This document shows positions 13,449-29,568 of a stretch of 64,000 nucleotides of DNA, one piece after another. Positions within the stretch are counted from its first letter, which is position 1. Each line of letters opens with the position of its first letter. The notes beneath the pieces were generated by a model. The model did not search any database and was not told where the DNA came from. It saw only the letters and a list, made by a program, of their open reading frames with translations. Both the position numbers and the translations under genes were made by a program. Origin of the DNA: Eledone cirrhosa (lineage: Eukaryota); the NCBI GenBank assembly GCA_964016885.1, contig OZ024748.1, positions 7,068,001 through 7,132,000 of the forward strand, in the 5' to 3' direction.

Positions 13449-14215
13449 GATATCTAAGATTAAGAATGACAGTTACGCATGTGAAATCGTATCTACATAT
13501 GTGCACATACAAGCATGTGAATGTATATGCCTTTGTGTGTGTATGTATGCGTTTGTGTGTGTGTATGTGTGAATATATTTATGAGAAGTCTAATACTATA
13601 AATCTGAAGACACTAGCTCTGCTGTAGACCACTATGGTAATAATAAGAGGTCGCGAATATGTGAAGAATTCTTTTCATGTTGCTACTAGAAATAACTAAC
13701 TCCTAATGATTCTACTGAAGAGAGAATGGAATACAGGAATTACACATACACACACAAATACACACATACCTACACACCTATATAATTATATTTATATGTA
13801 TATACACACATACGTACACACCTATAGAAATACATATATATATATATATGTGTATACACACACACATATGTATAGATATATATATATACACACACACACA
13901 TATATATACACATATATATATATATATAGGGAGAGAGAGAGAAGGGGGAGAGAGAGAGGAGGGATATAGGGAGAGAGAGGGGTGAGATAGGGAGAGAGAG
14001 GGGGGAATAAATCCCCAAACACGGCGCGAACCGGTTTCGCTTTCCTGATGATTTCTTTTTTGAATGGAACAGTTCTAGTGTTGTAGAAACCATTTCTGTA
14101 TTAAACTTGATATATATATATATATTTAAATATATATATATTTATACATATATATATATTTATACATATATATATATTTATACATATATATATATTTATA
14201 CATATATATATATTT

Positions 14216-14289
<74 letters not shown>

Positions 14290-14378
14290 TTATACATATG
14301 TATATTTATATATATATTTATACATATATATATATTTATATATATATAGGTATATATATATATATATTTATATATATT

Positions 14379-14414
<36 letters not shown>

Positions 14415-14729
14415 AACAACAATTCAAAAGAGTATAATTATCCTTGGTTCATTATCATGTGTTTCTTAATGTTTCTACCTGTCTGTGTTTATATAACATA
14501 GCGGTTCGACAATTACAAAATGAGATCGATAAGATGAAAGCAGTGCACCAGCATGGCCGTAGTCTAATGACTGAAGCTAGTAAATATATACGGCCATTAT
14601 TCAAGATAACAAGTTAAGACATGAGCGGTAACCAATACTCTAAGAAAAACCTTAGTTTGACTTCTAACTACATATTAATAGACTGACTTCATAAACAGAC
14701 AGACAGACTGACAAACACACATATGTATA

Positions 14730-14772
<43 letters not shown>

Positions 14773-14962
14773 ATATATATATATATATATATATATATAT
14801 TGATATATGTTGATATATATATACATATATATATTGATATATGTTGATATAAATAGAGAGATATTTAGATAGAGTGAGCTAATGAGAGAATAATTAGTAT
14901 AGTTATTGAGCCAGGGAGCAGACGAGAGAGATAGCTTAGTTTAATGACAAAATAATTATAAT

Positions 14963-15027
<65 letters not shown>

Positions 15028-15328
15028 GTGAGCTATTTAAATATAGAAAATGAGAAAGAGAAGGATTAATTGAGTGGATTAGAGCTGGAGAGAGAAAGAG
15101 ATAATAGCTAATGGCGAAATAATTTTTACATATATTGTGAGAATGGACGGGAGAGTGAGAGAGTGGAAGAGTGTGTGAGATAGATAGATAGATAGATAGA
15201 TAGATAAATAGATAGAGAGAGAGTGAGTAGGAGAAAGTGTGAGATAGAGAGAGAGAAGGGGAGGAAGGCCATAGTGGAAGGGTGTGTGAGAGAGTGGAAG
15301 GGTTAGGGGGAGAGAGAGTGGAAGCGGG

Positions 15329-15365
<37 letters not shown>

Positions 15366-15516
15366 GAATGAAGGGGAGAAGGCCAGAATGGAAACTTTAG
15401 GGAGAGAGTTTGGGCGATAAAGAGAACGGATAATCGAGTGAGTGGTGTGAGAGAGAGAGAGCAAGGGAGGAAAGAAAGAGAGAAGGAAGAAAAATAGGGT
15501 TGAGAAGAGGTAGCAT

Positions 15517-15574
15517 TAGAAAGAGAGTGTTAGTGAGAGAGTGAGAGGGAAAGAGAGGAAGAGCGAGAGAGAGT

Positions 15575-15634
<60 letters not shown>

Positions 15635-15653
15635 GAAGGAGAGAGAGAAGGTG

Positions 15654-15685
<32 letters not shown>

Positions 15686-15919
15686 GTTTAAAAGCCGAAC
15701 GTGTTCGGTTGTACCTGATAGTTAGAGAGAGAGAGAGAGAGACAGAGAGACACACAGACAGAGAGAGAGAGAGAGAGGGGGGAGAGACAGACACACAGAC
15801 AGAGAGAGAGAGAAAGATTTAAAAGTCGAACGTGTTCGGTTGTATCTGGTAGTTAGAAAGAGAGTGTCAGTGAGAGAGAGAGACAGAGAGAGCGCGACAG
15901 ACACAGAGAGAGAGAGAGG

Positions 15920-15965
<46 letters not shown>

Positions 15966-16122
15966 CAGAGAGAGAGAGAGACAGACACACAGACAGAAAG
16001 AGAAAGAGAGAGAGATTTAAAAGTCGAACGTGTTCGGTTGTATCTGGTAGTTAGAAAGAGAGTGTCAGTGAGAGACAGAGACAGAGAGAGAGCGACAGAC
16101 AGAGAGAGAGAGAGAGAGCGAC

Positions 16123-16165
<43 letters not shown>

Positions 16166-16245
16166 CAGAGAGAGAGAGAGAGAGACAGACACACAGACAG
16201 AGAGAGAAAGAGAGAGAGATTTAAAAGCCGAACGTGTTCGGTTGA
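15517..16245. repeat. Compound minisatellite, 4 units of ~130-200 bp
   Basis: A conserved tttaaaag(c/t)cgaacgtgttcggttgtatctggtagttaga core is separated by GA/GACA microsatellites. Confidence 0.9.
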
Positions 16246-16501
16246 ATCTGTTTCGGCAGCAAATCAGCGTCGTTGGCTCAACTAATGGATATTTAATTTC
16301 AAGTTGATCACCATTAGCACAACCTCCTCCTCCTTCCCCTTTCTATCATATATTAACTCTGGATGTAATACACACACACACACATACACACACACACACA
16401 AATATATATATATATGTGCGTGTGTGTGTGTTTGTGTATATATATATATATATGTGTGTATGTATATATTACCTATATTATATGTATATACACACACACA
16501 C

Positions 16502-16565
<64 letters not shown>

Positions 16566-16730
16566 GAATATATATATGTATATATACATATGTATATATA
16601 TATATATATATATATAAATTCGACATGCTACGTATCTTAATAATATATATATATATGTGTTTGTGAGGAGGGTGAGGCGGCGTGTATGTATGTGTTATGC
16701 GTATATATATATATATATATATATATATTA

Positions 16731-16797
<67 letters not shown>

Positions 16798-17193
16798 TAT
16801 GTTCACTATTGGACAAACAGTTATAGTATTTTGATGAAGTAACAAAACACATTATAAGTCCATCACCTCCATGCTAGAAGATGAAATGCTTGTTAAATCA
16901 CGCCGACACACACACACAAACACGTGTTAGTGTGTGTGTGTGTGTAAGGTTATATGTGTGTCTCTGTGTCAGGCTATGTATATGTGTGTGTTGGGTTACG
17001 TGTGTATATTTGTTTTCTGGTCTACTTCTGTGTGTATGAATGTCTCTATGTCTGAGAACATGTGTAAGTTCTAATTTAATAGTAAACCAGTCACTGACGA
17101 GTTCAGTTAAACAGATTCATTCTTTCCCGCTCACACACACACAAATATATAATATATATATATATAAATACATATATATATATATATATATAA

Positions 17194-17268
<75 letters not shown>

Positions 17269-17517
17269 CATATATATATATATATATATATAAATACATA
17301 TATATATATATATAAATACATATATATATATATATAAATACATATATATATATGTATAAATACATATATATATATATATAAATACATATATATATATATA
17401 TAAATACATATATATATATATATAAATACATATATATATATATATAAATACATATATATATATGTATAAATACATATATATATATATATAAATACATATA
17501 TATATATATATAAATAC

Positions 17518-17557
<40 letters not shown>

Positions 17558-17625
17558 TGATTAACCTTGATAGGCTTCGGCCAGCATTGGCCCAGGGCAT
17601 GTCTAAGTAGATATATAAATATATA

Positions 17626-17704
17626 TAGGGTGTCCCCCCAAAAATGTATACATATTAATATTAAAATGCTGTTGAAATGTGTATACATTTTGAGGAAGGC
17701 CCTG
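17626..17704. mobile_element. Degenerate Tc1/mariner-type MITE
   Basis: agggtgtccccc...aaaatgtataca / tgtatacatttt...ccctg; related to 46806-46904. Confidence 0.6.
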
Positions 17705-17992
17705 CATGCTGCATATATATATATATATATATACATATGTGTGTATATATAGATGTTTGTATGTGTGTTTCTGTATGTATATGAGAGTCAAAATGACCTT
17801 TAAGCTCGGCCAGTCATCGATATCGCAGCTCCAGTTACATTAAAGATGTATGATAGATATTGTTGGATGTAGTTGATTGGTTCTTTATTTTATCAATATC
17901 GGAACATGCCTGGCAAAGTTAGCTGAAATTAGATCGTACAACGCCTTGTATGTATATATATACATACATACATACATACATACATACATACA

Positions 17993-18026
<34 letters not shown>

Positions 18027-18256
18027 CATACAAACATAGTTAAAAAAATACGAGATATACGTATATATACGTATATATCTATATATACGTATATATATAT
18101 ATATACGTATATATATATATATATATATATGTATATACGTATATATATATATATATATATACGTATATACATATATATATATATATATATATACGTATAT
18201 ATATATATACGTATATATATATATATATATATATATATACGTATATATATATATAC

Positions 18257-18300
<44 letters not shown>

Positions 18301-18444
18301 GTATATATATATATATATACGTATATATATGTGTGTGTCTGTGTGTGTGGTGGTGGAGAACACTCAATCTGTGCGTCAAAGATGAGGATCAGAGAATTTA
18401 ATTACTAAGTGTACCGAATGACACCTTGACTTACTGTAATAAAT

Positions 18445-18483
<39 letters not shown>

Positions 18484-18652
18484 ATATCAGAGAGAGAGAA
18501 ACATATATTATATATATATTATTGTCTCTCTCCCTATATGTATATACAGTATACGCGTATATGTGTGTGTATACGTATGTGTATATATATATCCACATAC
18601 GTATACACACACATATACACACATATATATATATATATATATACATATATAC

Positions 18653-18725
<73 letters not shown>

Positions 18726-18728
18726 TAC

Positions 18729-18759
<31 letters not shown>

Positions 18760-18766
18760 AATATAC

Positions 18767-18835
<69 letters not shown>

Positions 18836-19153
18836 TATATAACAGTCAACTATAGAGTAATATAGTTCATTTATGATTTCTTGGTCAGCTTGAGACAGTT
18901 TTGAAATATGTGATTTACAAGCTAATCCTCATCTTCTTCAGCTCCTCTTCAGCATTAGACGTGAGAGACTGAGCCTGAAACCACTTCAAATGTAACAGAT
19001 AAACTGAAGAAGGAGAAAATCAAATCCATCACACAGTATGTGAATATTCCCCGTAGGTCCACATATATATATATCCCACTTACACCACTTATCAGACATA
19101 TATTTATACTACCCAACGTATTTTAATTCTTATAACACACTTACATATCCTAT

Positions 19154-19210
<57 letters not shown>

Positions 19211-19239
19211 GTATATATATATATATATATAAATGAAAA

Positions 19240-19273
<34 letters not shown>

Positions 19274-19356
19274 AGAGAGAGGGGGAGAGAGATATGGGTG
19301 GATTTATGATGTTTATCGGAAGGTCACCACGGTTAGAAATGGAAAAAGAGAGAGAT

Positions 19357-19424
<68 letters not shown>

Positions 19425-19777
19425 TTATCTTTCCAGTGAGAAAGTATATAAAGCAAAGCTAAAATGTAGCCATGGTGGACTATGCCAGTCATCCAGTCAT
19501 ACTCTACCACAGAATGACAATGAAATACGATAAACAATTTAGCTGTGGTAACCTAGGAAGTAAATGGTTTATAGAATTGTGTTTGGTCCCAGTGGAAATA
19601 CAACTCTCAACATAAACAAAGCCAAAAAAATATCGAAAAAATATTTTTTCAGCAATTTTAAAATGTAATTAAACTGTTTTAATGTTTGTTTTTAATTATT
19701 ATGCAGAGGTAGGGAAATTGTTTAAGTATTATTAAAAAATATACACCAACATACCATTAATAACAAATGCCTATATG

Positions 19778-19814
<37 letters not shown>

Positions 19815-19816
<2 letters not shown>

Positions 19817-20228
19817 TTTCTCTCGACTACTTCTTCCTCGCACTTCCACTCACTCACTCACTCTCTGTTTCTCCCCTTCTCACTTCCTCCCGTTTGGCTA
19901 GTAGTGGGTTCTCTTCTTGCTCACATCTCACTCGCGTTGGACAGTCTGTATCTTAATCGCTCATGAAATCCACCCAGCTTATGCTGACCGGATAACCATG
20001 TTGCTTGTTTATTCCTATCTTTGCGTTGCTTACTTGTCTCACTCGCTTTACGCGATTTACTTGTCCCAATAGCTCTTTTTAGTTTTTGCTCGCACCAACC
20101 TGAGGTATATGATTTTTAATGCGACGGAATACCAATGATGGTTGGCAAATCACTGACGAAGGACTAATTTTATCATATATAACCCATGTGCAACCACGCA
20201 GTATTCTTCCTTCTTCTCATGTTTTTTA
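19815..20228 (+). mobile_element. Family D (TA)n-flanked element
   Basis: 20080-20228 matches 46022-46144 and the inverted arm at 45922-46020; a diverged copy lies at 25470-25590. Confidence 0.7.
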
Positions 20229-20247
20229 TATATATCTCTATATATAT

Positions 20248-20693
20248 AGGAAAAGATTCAGGACCCCGACGGCTGAACTCCGCCGTTTCGACAGATAGAT
20301 CCGAACGCGTTATGGTTCACCCAGCTTCCTACCACACTTTCTTTGTTATATATATATAACGAAGGAAAGTGTGGTAAGGAACCAGATGGACCATAACGCA
20401 CCAGAGTACTCAATACTTAGGGTAGTGGAGTGGGTAATAGGTGAAAGTATGACCCCGACGGCAGAGCTCAAGCCGTCTCGACGGCTATTTCTGGACTAAA
20501 GTCTGACTTTAGTCCAGAAATAGCCGTCGAAACGGCTTCAGCTCTGCCGTCGGGGTCATACTTTCTCCTATATATATATATATATATATACAGGAACGAG
20601 TAGGACCCCGTTCCTATTACCCACTCTACTACCCTAAGTATTGAGTACTTTGGTGCGTTATGGTCCACCTGGTTCCTTACCACATTTCCTTCG

Positions 20694-20695
<2 letters not shown>
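20248..20695. mobile_element. Cluster of three family A PLE-like elements separated by (TA)n
   Basis: Units at 20248-20347, 20358-20570 and 20591-20695, each with an inverted arm and a tail ending in ttcctt(c/t)gtt-like sequence. Confidence 0.85.
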
Positions 20696-20739
<44 letters not shown>

Positions 20740-20930
20740 GAACGAGTGTTTGGAAATGATGAGCGAAGTTTGAAATTTACGAGAATATTAGAAGCTATAT
20801 CGAATTTGTTTGACTATCCGAAAGTAATGTAAATATCTGAATTCATAAGAATATTTAATGGGAAAATATCAGATATATTTTCTATTATATGCCATATTAC
20901 TTAGTTTAGTTTTCTAGTCAAACTTTCTCA

Positions 20931-20964
<34 letters not shown>

Positions 20965-21309
20965 GTGTGTAATGTTCACTACTGAAACAATTCTCTCATT
21001 CCCACAACTTGGACAGGTATTTTACTGAAGCTGAAACGAAGGTAAAGTTGACCCCTGCTGTCTACCGTGACTCCCCTGTCTTTTGTTTCTAGACACTGTA
21101 CATTTCAAATATTATATCTGGTGGTTTGTTTCTGTTCTAAGACTGTAGATTATGATTTAGGAATAATTCAGTCTCTGATTTTGGTTGATCAAGCGATTGC
21201 ATTAAGGCACCCTCGCTGGTTTATGTTTCTGTATGTAGGTGTTTCTTAGGTGAATTAGTTCTGGGGAGGGGAATTTAGTGAAGTGGTTTAGTCGTGGACC
21301 TGAGCCAGT

Positions 21310-21395
<86 letters not shown>

Positions 21396-21814
21396 AGACA
21401 AGAGAGATGGGGGTTAGAATCAAACTTCTGTGACGAGGATACTGACACAATATGTTAAGTTTAAATGAAGCTACAGTAAAAATAAAGGGGTTTGAAGAGT
21501 GAAGGGCAGACATCATGGGGACACTATTTGGAAATATGGTTTTAGGGGGTGGAAAATAAAGTCTATTTATTAAGCATGAAGTTTACCTTCTTTATATAAA
21601 TATTGTGTAGGGGTGGATAAATATATACATATATACACACATTATATACATCATATATATATATATACCTTTATATACACATTATATATATATATATATC
21701 TTTATATATACATTATATATATATATCTTTATATACACATTATATATATATATACATATATATCTTTTTACACACGTAATATATATATATATATTTATAC
21801 ACACACACACATAT

Positions 21815-21865
<51 letters not shown>

Positions 21866-21943
21866 CACACATTATATATATAAATATATACACACACCCA
21901 TTATATATATAAATATATACACACACATATATATATACATACA

Positions 21944-22127
21944 TTGGTAGTATCGGTAGAGGGTCGGACGCCATGCCTTGACGCATAGAGTTACGGCCCT
22001 TGCCATTCTGAGTTCAAATCCCGCCGAGGTTAACTTTGCCTTTCATCCTTACGGCGTCGATAAAAATGAAGTACCAGAAAATGCACTGGGATAATTGCTG
22101 GCCTTGTGCCAAAAATAGAAACAATTA
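21944..22127 (+). mobile_element. tRNA-derived SINE
   Basis: A-box-like tggtagtatcgg, B-box gagttcaaatcc and the shared core and tail. Confidence 0.9.
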
Positions 22128-22157
22128 TATACATTGTATATATATATATTTTTTTAT

Positions 22158-22189
<32 letters not shown>

Positions 22190-22930
22190 CACATATATAT
22201 GTGTGTGTTCGTGTGTGTGTTGTGTCTGCAGTACTACTCCAGCACCAAATATATATGTATACCTGATCGACGTTAAGTTGACATACGTTAAAACTAGACT
22301 TTGCCTACTTACACAACCATAAATTTCAGTAGAATGTTTTTCTTTTTTCGTTTTTCTTTCAGAGTCATTTTTCTTTTAGTTTTATATTTATTTTGTGTTG
22401 GAAAATACTCCAACTACTACTTTAGAGAACAACAATAAAATATCATATATCATCCTTTTCTAATCATATATTTGCTTTAAATAAAAACAAAAATAAGTAA
22501 ATAGACGAAATATAATCTGTTTGAGTAAAATTCCGAACTTGTATTTCTTTCTCATTAATCTTGGCTGGTTAAAAACCAATATTGAACAAACATTCGACTT
22601 TTAAAGTAGCACTCAAGTGTGAGAGAGTGTGTGTGTGTGTGAGTGTGTGAGTGTATGTGTGTGTGTGTGTGAGTGTGTGAGAGAGAGAGAGTGTGTGTGT
22701 GTGTCTGTGTGTGAAAGAGTATGTATGTGTGTGTGTATATATCTGTTTGTTTTGTTATTGTTAAATATTTTTTCTTGGTTATTTTTTACCCGAAAAAAAA
22801 AAGTTCCAATGTCTTGGCAGCTCAATATCACATGTATTGTTTCTAACTCTGTGGAGTTCCCTTGACAGTTCCTCAAAGACACTTTGTCTTAACGACGACA
22901 GAGCGTGTCAAAATATTTACATTTATAAAC

Positions 22931-23640
22931 TACTGAGTTCAATATTGACTCTTAAATAGGATTGAGAGAGTGAAAATATCTATATATTTGTATTACTGAG
23001 TTAAATATTGACTCTTAAATAGGATTGAGTGAGTGAAAATATCTATATATTTGTAGTACTGAGTTAAATATTGACTCTTAAATAGGATTGAGAGAGTGGA
23101 AATATCTATATATTTGTAGTACTGAGTTAGATATTGACTCTTAAATAGGATTGAGAGAGTGGAAATATCTATATATTTGTAGTACTGAGTTAAATATTGA
23201 CTCTTAAATAGGATTGAGAGAGTGGAAATATCTATATATTTGTAGTACTGAGTTAAATATTGACTCTTAAATAGGATTGAGAGAGTGGAAATATCTATAT
23301 ATTTGTATTACTGAGTTAGATATTGACTCTTAAATAGGATTGAGGGAGTGAAAATATCTATATATTTGTATTACTGAGTTAAATATTGATTCTTAAATAG
23401 GATTGAGGGAGTGAAGTTATCTATATATTTGTAGTACTGAGTTAGATATTGACTCTTAAATAGGATTGAGGGAGTGAAATTATCTATATATTTGTAGTAC
23501 TGAGTTAGATATTGACTCTTAAATAGGATTGAGGGAGTGAAATTATCTATATATTTGTAGTACTGAGTTAGATATTGACTCTTAAATAGGATTGAAGGAG
23601 TGAAAATATCTATATATTTGTAGTACTGAGTTAAATATTT
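22931..23640. repeat. 63-bp minisatellite, ~11 copies
   Basis: tactgagtt recurs every 63 nt (22931, 22994, 23057 ... 23624); longer degenerate units continue to ~23960. Confidence 0.97.
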
Positions 23641-25134
23641 TATCTTAATAAATAAAAACAATATAATTTCTTTTATATATAGAATGAGTCCAGTATAAAT
23701 GCTTGAGGGTGAGGATATATTTACGTATATGAAGTACAAAGTTAAATATTTCATATTAATGAATTAAAAGAATATCAATTGTTATATATAGAATGGATTC
23801 AGTACAAATGAAATTATTTACATATATGAAGTACTAAGTTAGATATTTGATATTAATAAATAGAAAAGAATATAATCTTATTTTTATATAATCGATCTAA
23901 TTGATAGTGTTGAGGGTGTGAAGATATTTACATACATAATGTACTGAAAGAAACATTTCCTGTTAATTGATATATAAAGGGGGATTAGAAGAGAGTTCCG
24001 TGTAGAAGATATAGAGAGGTGGAGAATTTAGTGGTTGTAGATATACATAGAGGGTAATGAAGAGTGCCGTGTTGTAGTAGATATAGAGAGGGGGCGAGTT
24101 AGGGGTGATTGATATAGAGAGGGGGATTTGGAGAAATAGGTGTAGATATTTATAGAGAGCGAGAGAGTTTATTAGTCTTAGATATAGAGAGTGAGAGAGT
24201 ACATTTGGATATGCAATATAATTATATACATGTGATGTTTATCGCATATCGAAGTTTTCTGACCATTTTAGAGTGGAAAGAGTTAAACTAAATCACTACA
24301 ACTAAATTGTCCAAATCCCCACCACTCAATTCAGAAATGTTTCCACCGCCCTGAATATATATACATATATATATACATTAAGGACTGAACCATTCGCTTG
24401 AGAAGGGTTTCTTCTCCGAAGACCTTCTGCTGAGAGAGAATTACCATTTTACTCGTATATTATAACATACTTTTTTGTTTTACAATAAATATATGTGAAA
24501 CATATTATTTACAATTTAGGTGGATTCCATTTAACATATGCAACGAACCACATGTAAACCATCGCTTTATACAATAAAACTTGCATTGCACTGTATAAAA
24601 ACGAAAAAAAGAAATATATATATATATAAGTTCCATTGATACATGGTAGGAAGAGAGAATTCTGCTGGTTATATATCGTTATATATACGTACACTTAATT
24701 CTTGAAGTAATACTTGTTTGTAATATTAAACTGCATATACGTATTCCAATGTATTCCAGATTTAGTTAGGAGTTTCATTTTTCTTGAATGTAATTTTATA
24801 TATATATAAATATATATATGTGTGTTGGTGTGTGTATACATGAATATATATATATATATATACATACATATGTAACATTTCATTAAAGAAATATAATTCC
24901 TAACCTAATTAAAAGACATTTCATTATATGCACATTCTAATTACAAATAATTAATACTTTACTAATTAATTATACCGCGTAGACATGCATATATTAACAG
25001 CATTGAAATAGAATGTGCATGTTTATTATATATATATATATATATATAATATATATATTTATATATATAGTATAATATATATTTATATATATATATATAT
25101 TTATATATTTATTTATATATATATATATTTGATA

Positions 25135-25235
<101 letters not shown>

Positions 25236-25590
25236 ATATATATAATATATAGTATATATATATATATATATATGGGAGGGAATCAGTGAATCCAGCACTG
25301 AAGTCCCCCCCAAAACAACCATTCTATACACAAGCCGTGTATATATTAAAATAAATTAAGTTTCGTTTACTTTTTTATTGTATATATATATATATAAATA
25401 TATATATATAAATATATATATGTAAACATGATAATAATGGAGCTGCCGGCGTTGCCAATGTACATATGAAAAGTAAGTCCTTCATCAGTGGCCTTCCAAC
25501 CGTCCTAGGCATTTCATCGCTTTAAAGGCCATATACCTCAGGTTGGTGCGAACAACGGCTAAAAAAAGTCGTTGGGACACGTAAATAAAG

Positions 25591-25651
<61 letters not shown>

Positions 25652-25914
25652 CGTGTGTGTATGTGTATGTATTTGCAAGTATACATGTGTGTATGTATAT
25701 GTGTATATGTCTGTGATCGTATGCGAAAGTGTGTATTGGCGAAACCAGTTGAATGTGTTTCTAATGTAGAGAGGTTGTGTTGTAGTATAAATTGTAACAC
25801 TAACGCCATTATAACTCCTTTCTTCTATAGGAGGACACCAGTTGTGCTATGTCTTGTTACAACAGGTGGAATAGAGGAAGACATGTCTTTGGTGGTATAG
25901 GGCTTGTGAGATAT

Positions 25915-26135
25915 CATCATCATAACAGCCACAATCACCACCACCACCACACACCATGCATATCATGATCATGATCATCACAGCCACCACCACCAGCACC
26001 ACCACCCCACACATCATGCATATCATCATCATCATCATCATCACAGCCACCAGAACCAGCACCAGCACCACCACCACCACACATCATGCATATCATCATC
26101 ATCATCACAGTCACCTTCAGCATTATCATCATCGT
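25915..26135. repeat. CAC/CAT-rich degenerate tandem repeat
   Basis: Three units of cagccac...cacacatcatgcatatcatcat. Confidence 0.8.
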
Positions 26136-26399
26136 TGTAGTCACATAAGACAAGTTAATCGTTTTTATTCCGACATCTAACACAAACAAACAACAACAGT
26201 AACAAAATAATCTATCAACATGATGTAGAAGAAAGAGAGAGGGGGAGACAGGGAGAGGGGGAGAGGGTAGGAGGGAGGAATAAACAGAGATATCATAGGA
26301 AGAAGGAGTGAATAATGGTTGAGAGAAATTGACTAAAATGACAGTGTGAAAGAGAGAGAGCGAGAGATGGCGGTCGATAAAAGAGAAAGAGAGAGTGCG

Positions 26400-26885
<486 letters not shown>

Positions 26886-27955
26886 TGGCGGTATAAGGAC
26901 GAAATAGAGACAAATGGCTGAGTGAGCCAGAGCAAGAAAGGAAAAGAAATTCAAGGAAAAAAAAGATGTCCGTTGGGCTCTATAAACGACGATAGTTAAT
27001 AGAAATGACCAACCATAAAAAGATATCTTAGATATCCATAGAATATATAATGATTTCTTTTATATGAAATGGAATATACGATATGTAATTTCCTTGTGCA
27101 GTGAACTCTTTTGTTATTAATACATGCGGAAATAATGAAAGGGGAGTTAATTCAGTTATAATGGAGGGAATTTGAGAAGTGCAGATTGGCTACCTTCTCA
27201 ACATTTCTAGTTAATGCACAGTTAATGCGTATTATTACAGAGTATTAAATCATGGCGATCTACACCATTATATTACATAATATGAAATACCAACCAACGA
27301 GGGAGCGTGTATATGGTCGCTTAACCATGTACAAATAGCAGCTAAATCTCCCTCAAATCACACCCTACAATCTTAAGGGGAAAAAAAAGGAGAGATTACA
27401 TAATACAAGATAATATAATGGTTGATACACGAGAGCCTCTAGAGTAGAAATATGTGAAAATAATTAATGCAACAACAAGAAGGAAATGGCGCAAGTAGCA
27501 TAGATATGGATGAAGATTACAGTGAATGGAATGTCTTAAATAACAGATATCATCATTGAATTAATATAGATTTTTTTATTTTTGGACAGCATTAAATACA
27601 CCAGCCTAACAAAGGAGCTTTCTATGTAATTCTGTTACTAGAAGAAACGAGAATTCGTGGAAACGGCCTAAATGAATTTAATATAAGAGTAAAGAGAATA
27701 CCTTTACTCGTAGTGAACTCATAGGGACGCCGTTCTGATTGATACAGAGGATGTTTTGTACATATTAAACATGGTGGAACCCATCACTCTTGGCGTCAGA
27801 GAGAAATCGATTTCTTTCATAAATGGAATGAGAGAATAGGACGGGGAAAGAACTAACGCCAAATGGATAGATGAAAAAGTTGACCTCGGTGGGATTTGAA
27901 CTCAGAATGCATTGAGCCGGAGTGCCTTATATATATATATGTATATAAATATGTA

Positions 27956-28016
<61 letters not shown>

Positions 28017-28105
28017 ATATATGTGTGGGGGAGTGAGTATCTAAATAATTTTTGATATTTATACACACACATGTACACATATATATATATAAATATATAT
28101 ATATG

Positions 28106-28143
<38 letters not shown>

Positions 28144-28609
28144 CATGTGTGTATGTATAAATAGCTTTAATTATACTCTTGTTTACTACTTCTTCAAATC
28201 TGTTCCCCTCTTTTTCCTCTTACCTTCTCTCAATTTTAATTTTTCCTCATTCATTTAATTAATTCTTCACCGAAAATCCCAGCTCTATATTGAATTTCTC
28301 TCCCACAGACCCATATTACCACCACCACCACTACCTCAACCACCACCAGCACCATCACTACCACCACCAACACCACCACCATGACCTTCCAATATCCTCT
28401 GTTATCAACCACTGTCAATGCAATTCCCTCCAACCAATTTTATTACTAAACCCACAACCCTCCGGACGACATTATTTAAACCCACCTATCTCTATCCACC
28501 ATTTCCTTCTCTCCCGCTCCAACCCCGCCAATCACTACTTCATCTTTAATTTTATTCATTCAAACATTAATTTGTCATTTTAATTCTGAAATCAAACAAT
28601 AAACAATGA

Positions 28610-29435
28610 TTTTTAACAGAGGCAAAAAGGCCATAAATTTTGTAAGGAAAGAGAAGGGTAGGGAAACTGTCAATTATATTGAGCCCCAGCACACAACTGG
28701 TACCACAGAGAGTATCATCTCTGTAAATGTAAAAATCAAAATTGATCCCGATGGGATTTGAGCTCAGAATCTAAAGAAACGTAAATCAAGAGGATTCCAA
28801 CTCAGAACATAAAGAGGCTCAACCAGAGAACACCATATATTTTGTTCGACTCACCACTGATCTAACCAATCTATATCTAATTTCTAAAACCGAGTTGTCA
28901 GTTCATTTATTTATAAATTTAATAAAATTACAGACAATAAATCAATTCACAGTTGATAAATAACATTGAAAATATTGATTTCTAAAATAAACAAAAGACC
29001 AGAAATTTGGGATCAAGAAGTGATTAGTCAATTATATCGATCCGAGTACTTGTTTGGTTCTTTATATATCCTGGGTTGATGAAAGGCAATGTTATGAATT
29101 GAGCTCAGAAAGTATATAGCCAGAATACATAGAGCAAATCAAGTTTTCGGCATTCTATAGGTTTTACTAATACAAAACCTTCATAATAATTTACACTAAT
29201 TTAACCACAAGGTCAGCAATTTGGAGTGGGGGAAAGAATTGGTCTCTCATTTAGACACAGGGTCAGCAATTGGGAGAGGGGGGGGGGAGTATTGGTCTCT
29301 AATTTAACCTCAGGGGTCAACAATTGGGAGAGGGGGAAAGTATTGGTCGCTAATTTAAACACAGGGTCAGCAATTTAGTGTTGATTAAACCAACCGACAC
29401 CAGTATTTCGCTAGTACTTTATTTTATCGTCGAAC
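28610..29435 (-). mobile_element. Cluster of old SINE copies including a tandemly amplified SINE tail
   Basis: gggatttgagctcagaa and gatgaaaggcaa motifs are present; a ~53-bp ggtcagcaattgggagagggg unit is repeated four times at 29195-29380. Confidence 0.65.
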
Positions 29436-29499
29436 CTGGAATGTATGTGTGTGTAGGTGTGTTTAGGTACATATACGTATACATATAGATAGATAGAGG

Positions 29500-29568
<69 letters not shown>

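Noticed and set aside
15517-16245. CRISPR-like palindromic repeat with spacers
   Set aside because: The spacers are related microsatellites, not unique sequences.
18916-18974. Possible minus-strand exon ([19 protein letters not shown])
   Set aside because: Only a splice-like context supports it; it is too short, with no recognisable homology or partner exons.
20095-20165. Hammerhead in family D (CTGAGGT…GAAA, CTGACGA)
   Set aside because: The core deviates or lacks a downstream GAAA with pairing stems.
22931-23640. CRISPR-like array
   Set aside because: Units are contiguous with no unique spacers; the context is eukaryotic and there are no cas genes.
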